A DNA stretch of 64,000 nt from an uncultured SAR116 cluster alpha proteobacterium (GTDB lineage Bacteria > Pseudomonadota > Alphaproteobacteria > Puniceispirillales > GCA-002684695). The DNA lies in assembly GCA_902539295.1 (NCBI GenBank), contig CACBIM010000003.1, positions 62,905 to 126,904 of the forward strand. Reading direction: 5' to 3'. Made by a program: the position numbers and the translations under genes. Shown here piece by piece: positions 28,227-39,223 of this stretch (positions are counted from its first letter, which is position 1; each line of letters starts with the position of its first letter). The notes beneath the pieces were generated by a model that searched no databases, was not told where the DNA came from, and worked only from the letters and a program-made list of their open reading frames with translations.

Positions 28227-28261
28227 ATATATATATTTATTTGTTTTCTATCAATATTTAG

Positions 28262-28303
28262 TTGACTTACCATGAAATCCCATGTTAACCCATATTATCC
28301 CAT
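28262..28303 (+). promoter_or_regulatory. dcw promoter (-35 TTGACT) overlapped by four MraZ-binding repeats
   Basis: ACCAT/CCCAT/CCCAT/CCCAT at 28269, 28279, 28289 and 28299 (10-bp period; ATGGG on the minus strand); RBS AGGAGG at 28314-28319. Confidence 0.8.
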
Positions 28304-28324
28304 TTATTTTTTAAGGAGGGTAAA

Positions 28325-28801
28325 GTGGACCTATTTTTGTCCACATTTGAAAGTAAGATCGACAAGAAAGGAAGGGCATCTATTCCTGCAAGATACCGTT
28401 CATTATTAGAAAGAAATAATGAAGAGTTGATTTTATTTACGACCCCTGAAACTCAATACATACAAGGTTGTGGAAATAATTATATTAACAGATTATGGCA
28501 GACCAATCTTGAACTCGACCAAGTTTCAGATGAAGCTGTGTATATACAAGACATTTTATCAGATTCAACACATGTAAAAATTGATGCTGAAGGTAGGGTT
28601 TTGCTATCCGAAAATTTTATTAATGTCGCAGACCTTGAACAAACTATTTTATTTGCTGGAAGAGGCGAAACTTTTCAAATTTGGAATCCCGATAAATATA
28701 TCACAGAAAAGGAAGAACGTTCAAAGCGTTTTAAATTGGCTGGACCACAAACGTTGATGCTAAAAAAAAACAATGATTTATTAAATGAAAAAAATAAATA
28801 A
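28325..28801 (+). CDS. mraZ: Division/cell wall cluster transcriptional repressor MraZ
   Basis: DKKGR and DAEGR SpoVT-AbrB motifs, FQIW; GTG start. Confidence 0.94.
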   Translation: MDLFLSTFESKIDKKGRASIPARYRSLLERNNEELILFTTPETQYIQGCGNNYINRLWQTNLELDQVSDEAVYIQDILSDSTHVKIDAEGRVLLSENFINVADLEQTILFAGRGETFQIWNPDKYITEKEERSKRFKLAGPQTLMLKKNNDLLNEKNK

Positions 28802-29738
28802 ACATATTCCTGTTTTGCTAGATGAAACTATAAAAAACCTAAATCTTAAAGACGATGGAGTATATGTTGATGCCACGCTGGGAATGGGTGGTTATACAAG
28901 AAAAATTTTAGATAATTCTAATTGCACATTAATTGGAATTGACAGAGACCCATTTGCAATAAAAGAAGCATTGCCACTTAAAAAAAAATATGGCGTTCGT
29001 CTAAAACTTATTAATGGGTTATTTTCAAATATTGAGGAAATACTAAAAGAATTAAAGATCCAAATGATTAATGGAATTACATTTGATTTTGGGGTTTCAT
29101 CACCACAACTTGAAAACTATAAAAGAGGATTTAGCTTTAGGCTTGATGGGCCTTTAGATATGAGAATGGGGCAAAATAATTTCTCAGCTTCAGATTTTAT
29201 TAATAAAAATGACCAAATAACAATTGAAAACATTTTAAGATTTTACGGTGAAGAGAAAAAAGCTAGACAAATATCAAAAGCAATTATTTCAGCAAGACCT
29301 ATTGAAACTACAAAACAATTAGCGGAAATTGTTTATACAATTTTAGGAACCCCTAAAAAAAATAAAATTAACCCTGCAACTAAAACCTTTCAAGCTCTTC
29401 GAATTGCTGTAAATAATGAACTAGAAGAAATTAAAACTGCACTTAATGCATCTCTTAAATTATTAGTCCCAAAAGGAAGAATTTTAGCTGTGTCATTTCA
29501 CTCACTCGAGGATAGAATAGTAAAAAAGTTTTTTCATGAAAACAGTAATTTAAAAGAGAATTCAAATAGACACCTACCACCATCATTTAATAGTTCTCCT
29601 AAACTTAAGATAATATCTAAGAAACCAATTTTGCCAACTGAAACAGAGTTAAATCATAACATTAGATCTAGATCAGCCAAGTTAAGAATAGCTGAGAAAC
29701 TTCCTCAAAAAAATAAAAACATAAGTGAGGCTGCGTAA
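28785..29738 (+). CDS. rsmH: 16S rRNA C1402 methyltransferase RsmH
   Basis: HIPVLL, DATLGMGG, RGFSF--DGPLDMRM, FQALRIAVNNEL, SFHSLEDR. Confidence 0.96.
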   Translation: MKKINKHIPVLLDETIKNLNLKDDGVYVDATLGMGGYTRKILDNSNCTLIGIDRDPFAIKEALPLKKKYGVRLKLINGLFSNIEEILKELKIQMINGITFDFGVSSPQLENYKRGFSFRLDGPLDMRMGQNNFSASDFINKNDQITIENILRFYGEEKKARQISKAIISARPIETTKQLAEIVYTILGTPKKNKINPATKTFQALRIAVNNELEEIKTALNASLKLLVPKGRILAVSFHSLEDRIVKKFFHENSNLKENSNRHLPPSFNSSPKLKIISKKPILPTETELNHNIRSRSAKLRIAEKLPQKNKNISEAA

Positions 29739-30088
29739 TGTGGAAATTTTCAATTATTTGCAGTTTCATGGCAATTTTTACAGGAATTGCACTAAATTTA
29801 ATATCAAATTCAATTCATGACAGAAGGAAACAGCTATCAGCATTAGAGAAGAAAATTGAACAGAAAATTGAAAAGTTAAAAATATTAGAGACTGAATGGG
29901 AGTATCACACTCAACCAGACAAACTCATGCAAATTGCTGAAGATAAATTAGGGATGTCTACTAAAGAAGTTGAGCAATTTGGTGAAATAAAAATTGTAAA
30001 ATTACGGAGCTCAGCTTGGAAATTGGATTTAGGTGTTACTAAAGACAACTTATTGAAAGATTTTGATTATAAAAAAGTGAGAAACTAA
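29738..30088 (+). CDS. ftsL: Cell division protein FtsL
   Basis: N-terminal TM helix, coiled coil, L--EW-Y---P--L; position between rsmH and ftsI. Confidence 0.8.
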   Translation: MWKFSIICSFMAIFTGIALNLISNSIHDRRKQLSALEKKIEQKIEKLKILETEWEYHTQPDKLMQIAEDKLGMSTKEVEQFGEIKIVKLRSSAWKLDLGVTKDNLLKDFDYKKVRN

Positions 30089-30091
30089 AGC

Positions 30092-31780
30092 ATGTGGTCG
30101 AATGATAATTTTATTCTAGCTCCTAAAGAAATAAAAAAAGCCAGAAGGAGGCTTTTAGTATCATTTATTTTTGTTTTTTCAGTGTTTTTAGGAATATTCT
30201 CACAAATACTATCCTTTCCATTTCAGGAAAAAAGTAAACTTTTATTAGCAAATCAATTAGCAAATAGTGTTGGCAGAGCCAAAATAATTGACAGGAATAA
30301 TAATATTTTAGCAATTAACGTTCCAGCCTGGACAATGTATGCTGATCCAATTGAGGTTTTAGAACCAATTAAAACAGCAGCTTTTCTTCATAATTTGATG
30401 CCTGAGAAAGATCTTAATTTTTTAAATAAAAAATTAAGCCTTAAAAAAAGATTTGTTGAAATTGACAGGGTTACAAGTCCAAAAAGATACCAAACAATTT
30501 TTAATTCTGGAATAACAGGCATCCATTTTTTAAAAATCCAAGCAAGAATTTATCCAAAAGGTGATTTGGCATCACATATATTAGGAAATGTAAGTAAAGA
30601 TGGTGAGGGTTTAGCAGGAATTGAAAGACATTTTGATACTGCGCTTAAGTCTTCTGAAAAGCCTGTAAAACTTACAATTGATAGTAATATACAATATATT
30701 TTACAATCAGAAATAAAAAAACAAATAAATTTTTTTGATGCAGACGCTGGAGCTGGTGTTGTTTTAAACATTCAAAATGGTGAGGTTTTGGGGTTAAGTT
30801 CATTTCCATCATTTGATGTTAATTATTTTGGAGAAGCCTCAGAGAAGGAGATTTTTAATAGGGCAACATTTGCCAGTTATGATATGGGTTCCACATTTAA
30901 ATTAATAAATACAGCAATTGCTTTAGACAGTGGAAAAGTTAACTTAAAGGATAAATTTGACACAACAAAGCCTCTTTATATTGGAAAACATAAAGTAGAT
31001 GATTTTAGATATTTGAAAAGACCAGCCAATGTTGCTGAAATACTAATTAATTCATCAAATATTGGTTCTGCATTAATTGCTGAAAAAGTTGGTGCAAAAA
31101 TTCAAAAAAATTATTTTGATTTATTAGAGTTAACAAAAAAAGCTGATTTGCCTTTGTTGGAAGTCTCCAAACCAATTTTTAATGAAAAATGGACAAAATC
31201 GAATTCTATGACTGCTTCATATGGATACGGCCTTGCAGTATCACCTATTCAGTTAGCAAGTGCAGTAGCCTGCATATTTAACAATGGGGATTTCATTAAA
31301 CCTAAACTGATTGTTGATAATAAAGAAACTGTTAAAAAAAGAGTTTTCAGTGAAAAAACCTCACATTTAATGCGTAAACTTGCAAGAGCTGTAGTGACTC
31401 ATCCGGACGGTTCTGGAAAAAAATCAGATGCATTTGGATATTTTGTAGGAGGGAAAACTGGGACTGCAGAAATGATAAATAGTAATGGGGGCTTTCAAAA
31501 GCATTCTAATTTATCATCTTTTGTTGGGGCTTTTCCAATAAATAATCCACAATACTTAATAACCGTATTAATTGAAAATCCCAAACCACAAATTGAAAAA
31601 TTAAATCATCATTTTACAACAGGTGGACAAGTTGCAGCTCCAGTTGTAAAGGAGATTGTAAAGAAAATTGCCCCAATATTAAATATCCATCCAGTTGTCA
31701 CAGATTTGCCTAAAATTGAACAATCTTTGAAGCTTGAAATACTTAGTAACAAAGTAAGGTTAACTAATGCATCTCTCTGA
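30092..31780 (+). CDS. ftsI: Septal transpeptidase FtsI (PBP3)
   Basis: R--I-DRN, R-YP-G, GSTFK (SxxK), SSN and KTG motifs. Confidence 0.94.
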   Translation: MWSNDNFILAPKEIKKARRRLLVSFIFVFSVFLGIFSQILSFPFQEKSKLLLANQLANSVGRAKIIDRNNNILAINVPAWTMYADPIEVLEPIKTAAFLHNLMPEKDLNFLNKKLSLKKRFVEIDRVTSPKRYQTIFNSGITGIHFLKIQARIYPKGDLASHILGNVSKDGEGLAGIERHFDTALKSSEKPVKLTIDSNIQYILQSEIKKQINFFDADAGAGVVLNIQNGEVLGLSSFPSFDVNYFGEASEKEIFNRATFASYDMGSTFKLINTAIALDSGKVNLKDKFDTTKPLYIGKHKVDDFRYLKRPANVAEILINSSNIGSALIAEKVGAKIQKNYFDLLELTKKADLPLLEVSKPIFNEKWTKSNSMTASYGYGLAVSPIQLASAVACIFNNGDFIKPKLIVDNKETVKKRVFSEKTSHLMRKLARAVVTHPDGSGKKSDAFGYFVGGKTGTAEMINSNGGFQKHSNLSSFVGAFPINNPQYLITVLIENPKPQIEKLNHHFTTGGQVAAPVVKEIVKKIAPILNIHPVVTDLPKIEQSLKLEILSNKVRLTNASL

Positions 31781-33245
31781 CTTAAATAATCCTGAGATTA
31801 TACTTCCAAAAAATGCGAACAAAATTCCCATTAAGTCTATAACATCTGACAGTAGACAATTAACTAGAGACTGCATGTTTGTAGCCATTAAAGGTTATGA
31901 AAAAGATGGTCATGATTTTATTGATGAAGCAATATCTGGCGGTGCAAGTAATATATTAGTAGATTATAATTATAAAGATACAAAGCAACTGCCTTTATCT
32001 AAATCTAAGAATGTAAGAAAAGCATTAGCTCTTGTTGCCTCAATTTATTTTAATAAACAGCCAAATATTATTGCAGCTGTCACTGGCACAAATGGCAAGA
32101 CATCGGTATGTACTTTTTTAAAGCAAATATGGGATTTAAATAATTTCAAATCAGCTTCCCTAGGAACATTAGGATTGGATACTAGTAAAGAAATAAATCA
32201 AAATGAAACACAAAATGAAAATTTAACAACATTAGATCCATTGAAACTTCATGAATGTATTTCTCAAATAAAAAAATTAGGTGTTGATCGACTTGCTTTA
32301 GAAGCATCTTCCCATGGTTTAGAACAACATAGGCTTGATGGTGTTAAAGTTTCATTGGCTTGTTTTACAAATTTATCACATGATCATATAGATTTTCATA
32401 AGTCTATTGAGAACTACAAAAAACAAAAATTTAGGCTTTTTACAGAAATTCTTCAAGACAGTGGAACCGCTGTCATAAATATTGATGATGTCAATGGTAA
32501 AGAGCTTCTAGACAAACTTAATAGCCGCTGTATTAATACTATCACTTTTGGAAAATCATCTAATGCAGATTGGAAAATTAAAAATATTTTTGAAACAGGG
32601 GACCATAAAACTTTCGAATTATATGTAAATAAAAAAAGCTTTATTATTCCTACCGCATTAAATTCTAACTTTCAAATCTATAACGCTGTGGCCGCAGCCT
32701 GTCTAGCCCAAGCTAGTGGCGTGCCATTAGGGCACTCATTAGAATCTATAAAAAACTTAACCTCACCTAAAGGCAGAATGCAGGAATTGATATCAAATAA
32801 CGGGGCAAGAATTTATATTGATTTTAGCCATACACCTGATGCTTTAGAGAGTATTTTAAAGGAAAAATCAAAACAAAATTCGAAACTATTTTTAGTTATT
32901 GGATGTGGAGGCAACAGAGACAATCAAAAAAGAAAAATTATAGGCCGTATAGCAAGTAAATATACATACAAGGCAATTATCACCGACGACAATCCTAGGA
33001 ATGAAGACCCAAAACAAATTAGAAGTGAAATAATAAGAGGAAAGCTTAAGAATAAAGATAATTTAATTGAAATCGCAGATAGAAAAAAAGCGATTTTAAA
33101 AGTTTTAGATATGTCTCATAAGGGCGATATTGTCATTATAGCTGGCAAAGGTCATGAAAAGTATCAAATTTACGGAATTCAGAAAATGCCACATGACGAT
33201 TTTAAATTTTGCCAAGACGTCATAGAAAATAAAAGGCATAAATAA
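31767..33245 (+). CDS. murE: UDP-MurNAc-tripeptide synthetase (mDAP ligase) MurE
   Basis: VTGTNGKTS, EASSHGL, DNPR, AGKGHE. Confidence 0.96.
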   Translation: MHLSDLNNPEIILPKNANKIPIKSITSDSRQLTRDCMFVAIKGYEKDGHDFIDEAISGGASNILVDYNYKDTKQLPLSKSKNVRKALALVASIYFNKQPNIIAAVTGTNGKTSVCTFLKQIWDLNNFKSASLGTLGLDTSKEINQNETQNENLTTLDPLKLHECISQIKKLGVDRLALEASSHGLEQHRLDGVKVSLACFTNLSHDHIDFHKSIENYKKQKFRLFTEILQDSGTAVINIDDVNGKELLDKLNSRCINTITFGKSSNADWKIKNIFETGDHKTFELYVNKKSFIIPTALNSNFQIYNAVAAACLAQASGVPLGHSLESIKNLTSPKGRMQELISNNGARIYIDFSHTPDALESILKEKSKQNSKLFLVIGCGGNRDNQKRKIIGRIASKYTYKAIITDDNPRNEDPKQIRSEIIRGKLKNKDNLIEIADRKKAILKVLDMSHKGDIVIIAGKGHEKYQIYGIQKMPHDDFKFCQDVIENKRHK

Positions 33246-34688
33246 ATGGTGCTTTGGAATTCACGTGAGCTTTGTGAAGCAGTTAATGGAAAGTTATTGA
33301 GTAATAGTTCCTGGCAGGCAAATAGTATTTCTATAGACACGAGATCTATTAAAAAGGGGGGTGTCTTCTTTGCATTAAAAGGTAAAAAGGTAGATGGACA
33401 TAAATTTATAAATCACGCTTTTGAAAATGGTGCCATAGCAGTTGTAGTCAATAACGAATATAAAATAAAGCATGATAATAAAAATATTATTAGAGTAAAT
33501 GACACGTATAAAGCACTTGAGATGCTTGGGGTAAATAGAAGAGAGGTCAGCTTATCAAAGCTAATAGCAATTACCGGTAGTGTTGGGAAAACAACCGTAA
33601 AAAATTATCTTTTTTCTATTTTAAATAATAAATTCAATTGTTATGCAAATGAAGGTAATTATAATAATAAAATTGGTGTTCCTTTAAGTATTTCTCAAAT
33701 ACCAAAAAATGCTAAATTCGTAATTCAAGAAATGGGAATGTCTTTTCCAAATGAAATTAAATATCTATCAAATTTAACGAAACCCGATATTTCAATAATA
33801 ACAAATATTGGAGGCTCACATCTTGGAAACTTTAACAATTTATCTGAAATAGCAATAGCAAAATCAGAGATTTTTTACGGCATGAAAAAGGATGGTATTG
33901 TTATTCTTCCAGGTGAAAGTAAGTATATAGATATTCTTAAATCCGAAGCTAAAAATCATGGGCTTAAAAATTTGTTTTTTTTCGGAACAGATAGTAATCA
34001 TGACTGTTTCATAATTAGTAAAAGGAATAGATACAATATAATTGAGGTAACTGTTTCTATTATGGGTGAAAAATTATCTTTTAAGATTAACAGCCATCAA
34101 AATCATAATATTTTAAATACAGCCACAGCAATTTTAGCAACAAAAACTTTAGGACTAACTAATCAAGAAATAGATCAAAGTTTATCAGTTTTTAATTCAG
34201 AAGAAAGAAGAGGTAAAATATACTATTTAAATCATCCATCTGGATCAAAAGTTACAATTGTTGATGACAGCTATAATGCAAGCTATGAATCAACCTCTTC
34301 TGCTTTATCATCGCTAAGAAATTTATCCCTTTCTAAACCACTTTTGATTTTAGGAGATATGCTTGAGTTAGGAAAATTTTCAGCACAAGAGCATAAAAAA
34401 TTAATCCCTATTATAAAAAAAACAAATCCAAGACTGGTTATATTTATTGGAGAAGCAATGACAGAAATCTCTAAAGAAATTAATAGTCATTTTGATTGCA
34501 TATGTTTTAAAAGCTCTCATAAAGCAGAGAAGGAAATCCCTGATCTGATCAAAAACAATGACCTTGTATTGATAAAGGGTTCAAATGGCATGAATTTAAA
34601 TTTGATCACTTCAGCAATAATTAATTTTTTCAAAAAATTGAATTTAGATAATAATATTCATACTAGGGAACAGAACTATGCTGTATGA
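33246..34688 (+). CDS. murF: UDP-MurNAc-pentapeptide synthetase MurF
   Basis: [32 protein letters not shown]. Confidence 0.95.
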   Translation: MVLWNSRELCEAVNGKLLSNSSWQANSISIDTRSIKKGGVFFALKGKKVDGHKFINHAFENGAIAVVVNNEYKIKHDNKNIIRVNDTYKALEMLGVNRREVSLSKLIAITGSVGKTTVKNYLFSILNNKFNCYANEGNYNNKIGVPLSISQIPKNAKFVIQEMGMSFPNEIKYLSNLTKPDISIITNIGGSHLGNFNNLSEIAIAKSEIFYGMKKDGIVILPGESKYIDILKSEAKNHGLKNLFFFGTDSNHDCFIISKRNRYNIIEVTVSIMGEKLSFKINSHQNHNILNTATAILATKTLGLTNQEIDQSLSVFNSEERRGKIYYLNHPSGSKVTIVDDSYNASYESTSSALSSLRNLSLSKPLLILGDMLELGKFSAQEHKKLIPIIKKTNPRLVIFIGEAMTEISKEINSHFDCICFKSSHKAEKEIPDLIKNNDLVLIKGSNGMNLNLITSAIINFFKKLNLDNNIHTREQNYAV

Positions 34689-35766
34689 ATTTCTATTCCC
34701 ATTTGCTGAAAATTTCCAATTTTTCAACGTTTTTAAATATATAACTTTTAGAACTGGTGGCGCAATACTTACAGCTTTGATTATAAGTTTTATTTTAGGC
34801 CCTTTTTTAATTAAAACACTCAGAAATTTTCAAAAAGAAGGTCAACCAATAAGAATGGATGGGCCATCTGACCATATAATCAAAAAGAAGGGGACACCTA
34901 CGATGGGAGGTATTTTAATACTTTGTGCTTCCCTGGGCTCTTCAATTCTATGGATGAAACTTGATAGCCAATTTGTTTGGACTGTACTCCTAATAATGGT
35001 AGGTTTTGGTTCAGTAGGAATAATTGATGATTGGATCAAACTATCAAAGAATTCCTCTTCAGGTTTAAATGGAAAGATAAAATTATCTTTGCAAATATTA
35101 ATTGCATTACCAGCAATTATGTCAATAATAGAAGCCTCCCCTCCAGATATTTTGAGTGGATTAGCAATACCATTTCTCAAAGATACCTTTATTAACTTAG
35201 GGTATTTCTTTATACCATTCTCAATTTTTGTTGTGGTAGGCTCTTCTAATTCTGTAAATTTGACTGATGGATTAGATGGATTAGCAATTGTACCTGTCAT
35301 GATTGCTGCTTCATGTTTTGCTTTAATAGCTTATCTAGTTGGAAATATAAATTTTTCTTCATATCTACAATTAAATTATGTGCCTGGGGTTGGTGAGATA
35401 GCAATTGTTTTAGGTGCATTATTTGGTGCAGGATTAGGTTTTCTATGGTTTAACGCTCCACCAGCTGAAATCTTTATGGGTGATACTGGTTCATTATCTC
35501 TAGGAGGTGTTATAGGTATATCCAGTGTAGCTACTAGACATGAGCTAGTATTAGTCATAATTGGAGGCCTTTTTGTTGTAGAAACAATTTCTGTAATCTT
35601 ACAAGTTGGTTATTTTAAGTTAACAGGAAAAAGGATCTTTCTTATGGCCCCTCTTCACCACCATTTTGAAAAAAGAGGATGGGAAGAGTCAACAATAGTT
35701 ATTAGATTTTGGATAATTGCAGTTATTTTGGCCCTTATTGGCTTATCAACACTGAAATTGAGATAA
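34678..35766 (+). CDS. mraY: Phospho-N-acetylmuramoyl-pentapeptide transferase MraY
   Basis: [35 protein letters not shown]. Confidence 0.98.
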   Translation: MLYEFLFPFAENFQFFNVFKYITFRTGGAILTALIISFILGPFLIKTLRNFQKEGQPIRMDGPSDHIIKKKGTPTMGGILILCASLGSSILWMKLDSQFVWTVLLIMVGFGSVGIIDDWIKLSKNSSSGLNGKIKLSLQILIALPAIMSIIEASPPDILSGLAIPFLKDTFINLGYFFIPFSIFVVVGSSNSVNLTDGLDGLAIVPVMIAASCFALIAYLVGNINFSSYLQLNYVPGVGEIAIVLGALFGAGLGFLWFNAPPAEIFMGDTGSLSLGGVIGISSVATRHELVLVIIGGLFVVETISVILQVGYFKLTGKRIFLMAPLHHHFEKRGWEESTIVIRFWIIAVILALIGLSTLKLR

Positions 35767-35768
35767 AA

Positions 35769-37034
35769 ATGATGATACCAAAAAACTTTGAAAATAAAGA
35801 AATAGGATTATTAGGATTAGGGGTTTCAGGAAAATCTGCATTAAATAGCTTAAAAGCTGGGGGGGGTAAAATATATGCCTATGATGATAATATTTCAAAT
35901 GACCCTAAAGTTATAGAACCTGACAAATGGCCATGGGCAAAATTAAATAAAATTGTTGTTTCTCCAGGCATCTCTCTAAATCATCCAGTTATTAAAAAAG
36001 CTGAATCACTTAAAGTAGACATCATTAACGAAATTGATGTTTTTGCTAACTCTCAACCTAAAGCTAAAGTAATAGGAGTAACTGGCACTAATGGAAAATC
36101 TACAACCTCAGCTCTACTTGGACATATTTTAAATTTTAATGGATTTAAGACCAAAGTAGCAGGAAATATTGGAGAAGCTGCTACCTCAATAAATGATCCT
36201 GGGGAAAATGGTTTTATAATACTTGAGCTTTCCTCTTTTCAACTTGAAACTTGCAGTGACTTAAAATTAGATGGCGCAATATTACTTAACATAACCCCAG
36301 ATCATTTAGATTGGCATGGAAACTTAAACAACTATTTCAATTCAAAATTAAAAATAGCGGGCTTTTTAAAGGAAGGTGCGCCTATAGTTGTATCGAATAC
36401 AAATAATCTAACCAAAAAAGCTTGTGAATTATTTTATAAAAATAAAATCAAAGTCATTGAAGTTTTAAAAAATGATATTTCACATCTTCAAACAATACTT
36501 GAAAATAAATTTTATAACGAAAACCATTTAACAATAATACAATTATTAAAAGAATTTGGAGTTAAAAAAGATAAATCTATTCAAGCAATAAAATCATTTA
36601 ATGAATTACCTCACAGATTAGAGTTTTGCTATCGAAAAAACAATATTACATTTATAAACGATTCAAAAGCTACAAATGCTGAAGCAACTATCAATGCTTT
36701 AGAAAAATATAGAAATATTTATTGGATTGCTGGTGGTATAGGAAAAACAGACGGTGTTAAAGCAACTTTAAAGCATCTTAAAAATGTCAATAAATGTTAT
36801 TTAATTGGTAAAAGTAAAAAAGATTTTTTTGAAACATTAAATTCCAAAATAGATTGTACTATCTCAGACAATTTGACTAATGCTTTAGAAGAAATTTTTA
36901 AAGAAACATTGAACAAAAGTAATGAAATTACTGTTCTTTTATCTCCAGCTGCATCAAGTTTTGATGAATTTCTAAATTTTGAAAATAGAGGTAATGCATT
37001 TAAATCTCTTATATCAGAAATATGGGAGCTTTAA
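35769..37034 (+). CDS. murD: UDP-MurNAc-L-Ala-D-Glu ligase MurD
   Basis: GLG-SG, VSPG, TGTNGKSTT, ELSSFQLE, NDSKATN, LLSPAASSFD; start moved to ATG 35769. Confidence 0.96.
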   Translation: MMIPKNFENKEIGLLGLGVSGKSALNSLKAGGGKIYAYDDNISNDPKVIEPDKWPWAKLNKIVVSPGISLNHPVIKKAESLKVDIINEIDVFANSQPKAKVIGVTGTNGKSTTSALLGHILNFNGFKTKVAGNIGEAATSINDPGENGFIILELSSFQLETCSDLKLDGAILLNITPDHLDWHGNLNNYFNSKLKIAGFLKEGAPIVVSNTNNLTKKACELFYKNKIKVIEVLKNDISHLQTILENKFYNENHLTIIQLLKEFGVKKDKSIQAIKSFNELPHRLEFCYRKNNITFINDSKATNAEATINALEKYRNIYWIAGGIGKTDGVKATLKHLKNVNKCYLIGKSKKDFFETLNSKIDCTISDNLTNALEEIFKETLNKSNEITVLLSPAASSFDEFLNFENRGNAFKSLISEIWEL

Positions 37035-37035
37035 T

Positions 37036-38148
37036 ATGATGTTTTTAGATAGAACCGACAGAAGCAAGGTAAGTTTATGGTGGTGGACTGTTGATCACAA
37101 ATTGATGGGATTAGTTATTTTGCTGATAATTGGGGGAATTATGATTTTAATGTCAGCAGGCTCCCCAGTCGCAATAAAAAAAGGGCTTGCCGAGTATCAT
37201 TTTCTAGAAAAACAAATAACATTTTTATGCATCTCAATTCCTTTAATGATCATTATTTCAATTCAAGAAATATCAACGATAAAACGTTTCAGTTTTATGT
37301 TATTAATTTTTAGTTTTTTGTGTTTAGTTTATTTAAATTTTTTTGGCATTGAAACAAATGGGGCGACCAGATGGATTAGATTTTTTGGATTTTCAATACA
37401 ACCATCAGAACTAATAAAACCATCATTTGCACTTATTAATGCTTGGTTATTAGCTATCTGGGTTAACGATAAAAATACCCGATCTTGGGTTTTTTCACTT
37501 TTTTTATTATTTGTATTTCTCATTCTACTTTTATTGCAACCTGATGTAGGTATGAGCTTTGTCTTAGCCTCTACTTGGCTTTTTCAAATTTATATTTCTG
37601 GCGTTTCAATGTTACTTGTTTCATTGATATTAACTGCAATTTTGCTATCAGCAATTTCTAGTTACTTTTTATTTTCACACGTGAAAATTAGAGTTGATGG
37701 ATTTTTGGATGGTGGAGGCTTTCAAGTAAGCAAATCATTAGACGCATTTATTAATGGTGGCCTTATTGGAAAAGGTTTTGGAGAAGGAGTTGTTAGTAAG
37801 CAGCTCCCTGATAGCCATACTGACTTTATTTTTGCAGTAGCTGGAGAAGAACTTGGGGTTTTAGGTTGTAGTCTTATTATTATTACTTATTTTTTAATTT
37901 TCCTCAGAGGCATGATGTTATCTAGTTCTACTTCCAAAATTTTTTTATTTTTGACTTGTAGTGGTATTATATTTCAGTTTTGCCTTCAAGCTCTGGTTCA
38001 TATGGCTTCTACATTAAATCTTATTCCAACTAAAGGAATGACACTACCTTTTATAAGTTATGGTGGATCTTCATTAATTTCATCATCAATTGCAATGGGG
38101 ATTGTATTGGCTTTCACAAGACGCCAATCAAATTATAGCAATGACTAA
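37036..38148 (+). CDS. ftsW: SEDS peptidoglycan polymerase FtsW
   Basis: GA-RWI, QPSE--K, QPD-G, LPDSHTDFIF, PFISYGGSS; start moved to ATG 37036. Confidence 0.95.
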   Translation: MMFLDRTDRSKVSLWWWTVDHKLMGLVILLIIGGIMILMSAGSPVAIKKGLAEYHFLEKQITFLCISIPLMIIISIQEISTIKRFSFMLLIFSFLCLVYLNFFGIETNGATRWIRFFGFSIQPSELIKPSFALINAWLLAIWVNDKNTRSWVFSLFLLFVFLILLLLQPDVGMSFVLASTWLFQIYISGVSMLLVSLILTAILLSAISSYFLFSHVKIRVDGFLDGGGFQVSKSLDAFINGGLIGKGFGEGVVSKQLPDSHTDFIFAVAGEELGVLGCSLIIITYFLIFLRGMMLSSSTSKIFLFLTCSGIIFQFCLQALVHMASTLNLIPTKGMTLPFISYGGSSLISSSIAMGIVLAFTRRQSNYSND

Positions 38149-39223
38149 ATCAGTTATAAATATTGGGTTGGCATGTGGTGGTACAGGGGGGCATATATCT
38201 CCTGCATTAGCTTTGGCTTCAAATTTTGAAAACCATGACATTAAACCAATATTTATCACCGATGTGAGAGGTTCAAGCTTGCTAAAGTCAATATCTCACT
38301 ACGTTGTTTTATCTGGGTCTCCATCTACAAAAGGCTTCACTAAAATAATTAATATGTTAAAAATATTTTTTGGAATTTTGCAGTCTACTTATTATCTGTA
38401 TCGATCAAAAACAAACCTTGTTATTGGTTTTGGCGGGTATACTTCAGTTCCAATTATTCTTGCTGCTAAAATTTTGAATATTCCTTCAATTATTCACGAG
38501 CAAAATAAAATTTTAGGCAGAGCAAATAAATTTTGTTCATTATTTTGCAATAAAGTTGCTCTATCATTCAATTTAAAAGAAAATTTAAAAAATCCAAAAT
38601 TTGTTTTGACTGGTAATCCAGTATCTCGAGACTTTGAGAACCTTCGATATAGTCGTTCAAGTATTGATAAATCAAAATTTGTTTTATTAATAATAGGTGG
38701 CAGCCAAGGTGCAAGTGTATTTTCAGAAGTTGTGCCAAAGGCGATTAAAAGTCTCCCAAAAAAAATAAAAAATAAAATATATATTTATCAGCAATGCCGA
38801 GAAAACGAAGAAAAAGCTCTAAAAAAAATATATACTGAGCTAGGCATAAAATTTACAGTTTCGAATTATTTTGATAAAATTTATGAAATTTTCAAAAAAG
38901 CTGATTTAATCATATCTAGATCAGGGGGCTCAACTATAACTGAAATTGTTGCCTCAGGAAAACCATCCTTTTTAATACCATTACCTAATTCTTTAGACAA
39001 TCATCAAAGAGAAAATGCTTATGAACTGAAAAATAATAATGCATGTATTTTATTTGAGCAAAAAGATTTTAGTGAAAAAAGCCTTTCAGAGAAACTAAAC
39101 ATGGTTTTGACTAATAAATCTTTTTTAAGGGAAATGTCTATTAATGCAAAGTCTATATATAAAAAAGATGCTGCAAAAAACTTAATTGAATTGATTTTAT
39201 TAACAAACAAGGAAATTAATTAA
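38141..39223 (+). CDS. murG: GlcNAc transferase MurG
   Basis: GGTGGH, GFGGY, HEQN, GGSQGA, HQ--NA; start moved to ATG 38141. Confidence 0.95.
   Translation: MTKSVINIGLACGGTGGHISPALALASNFENHDIKPIFITDVRGSSLLKSISHYVVLSGSPSTKGFTKIINMLKIFFGILQSTYYLYRSKTNLVIGFGGYTSVPIILAAKILNIPSIIHEQNKILGRANKFCSLFCNKVALSFNLKENLKNPKFVLTGNPVSRDFENLRYSRSSIDKSKFVLLIIGGSQGASVFSEVVPKAIKSLPKKIKNKIYIYQQCRENEEKALKKIYTELGIKFTVSNYFDKIYEIFKKADLIISRSGGSTITEIVASGKPSFLIPLPNSLDNHQRENAYELKNNNACILFEQKDFSEKSLSEKLNMVLTNKSFLREMSINAKSIYKKDAAKNLIELILLTNKEIN

Noticed and set aside
35859-35866. G8 homopolymer in murD as a phase-variation switch
   Set aside because: In-frame Ala-Gly-Gly-Gly codons in an essential gene; the ORF is intact.
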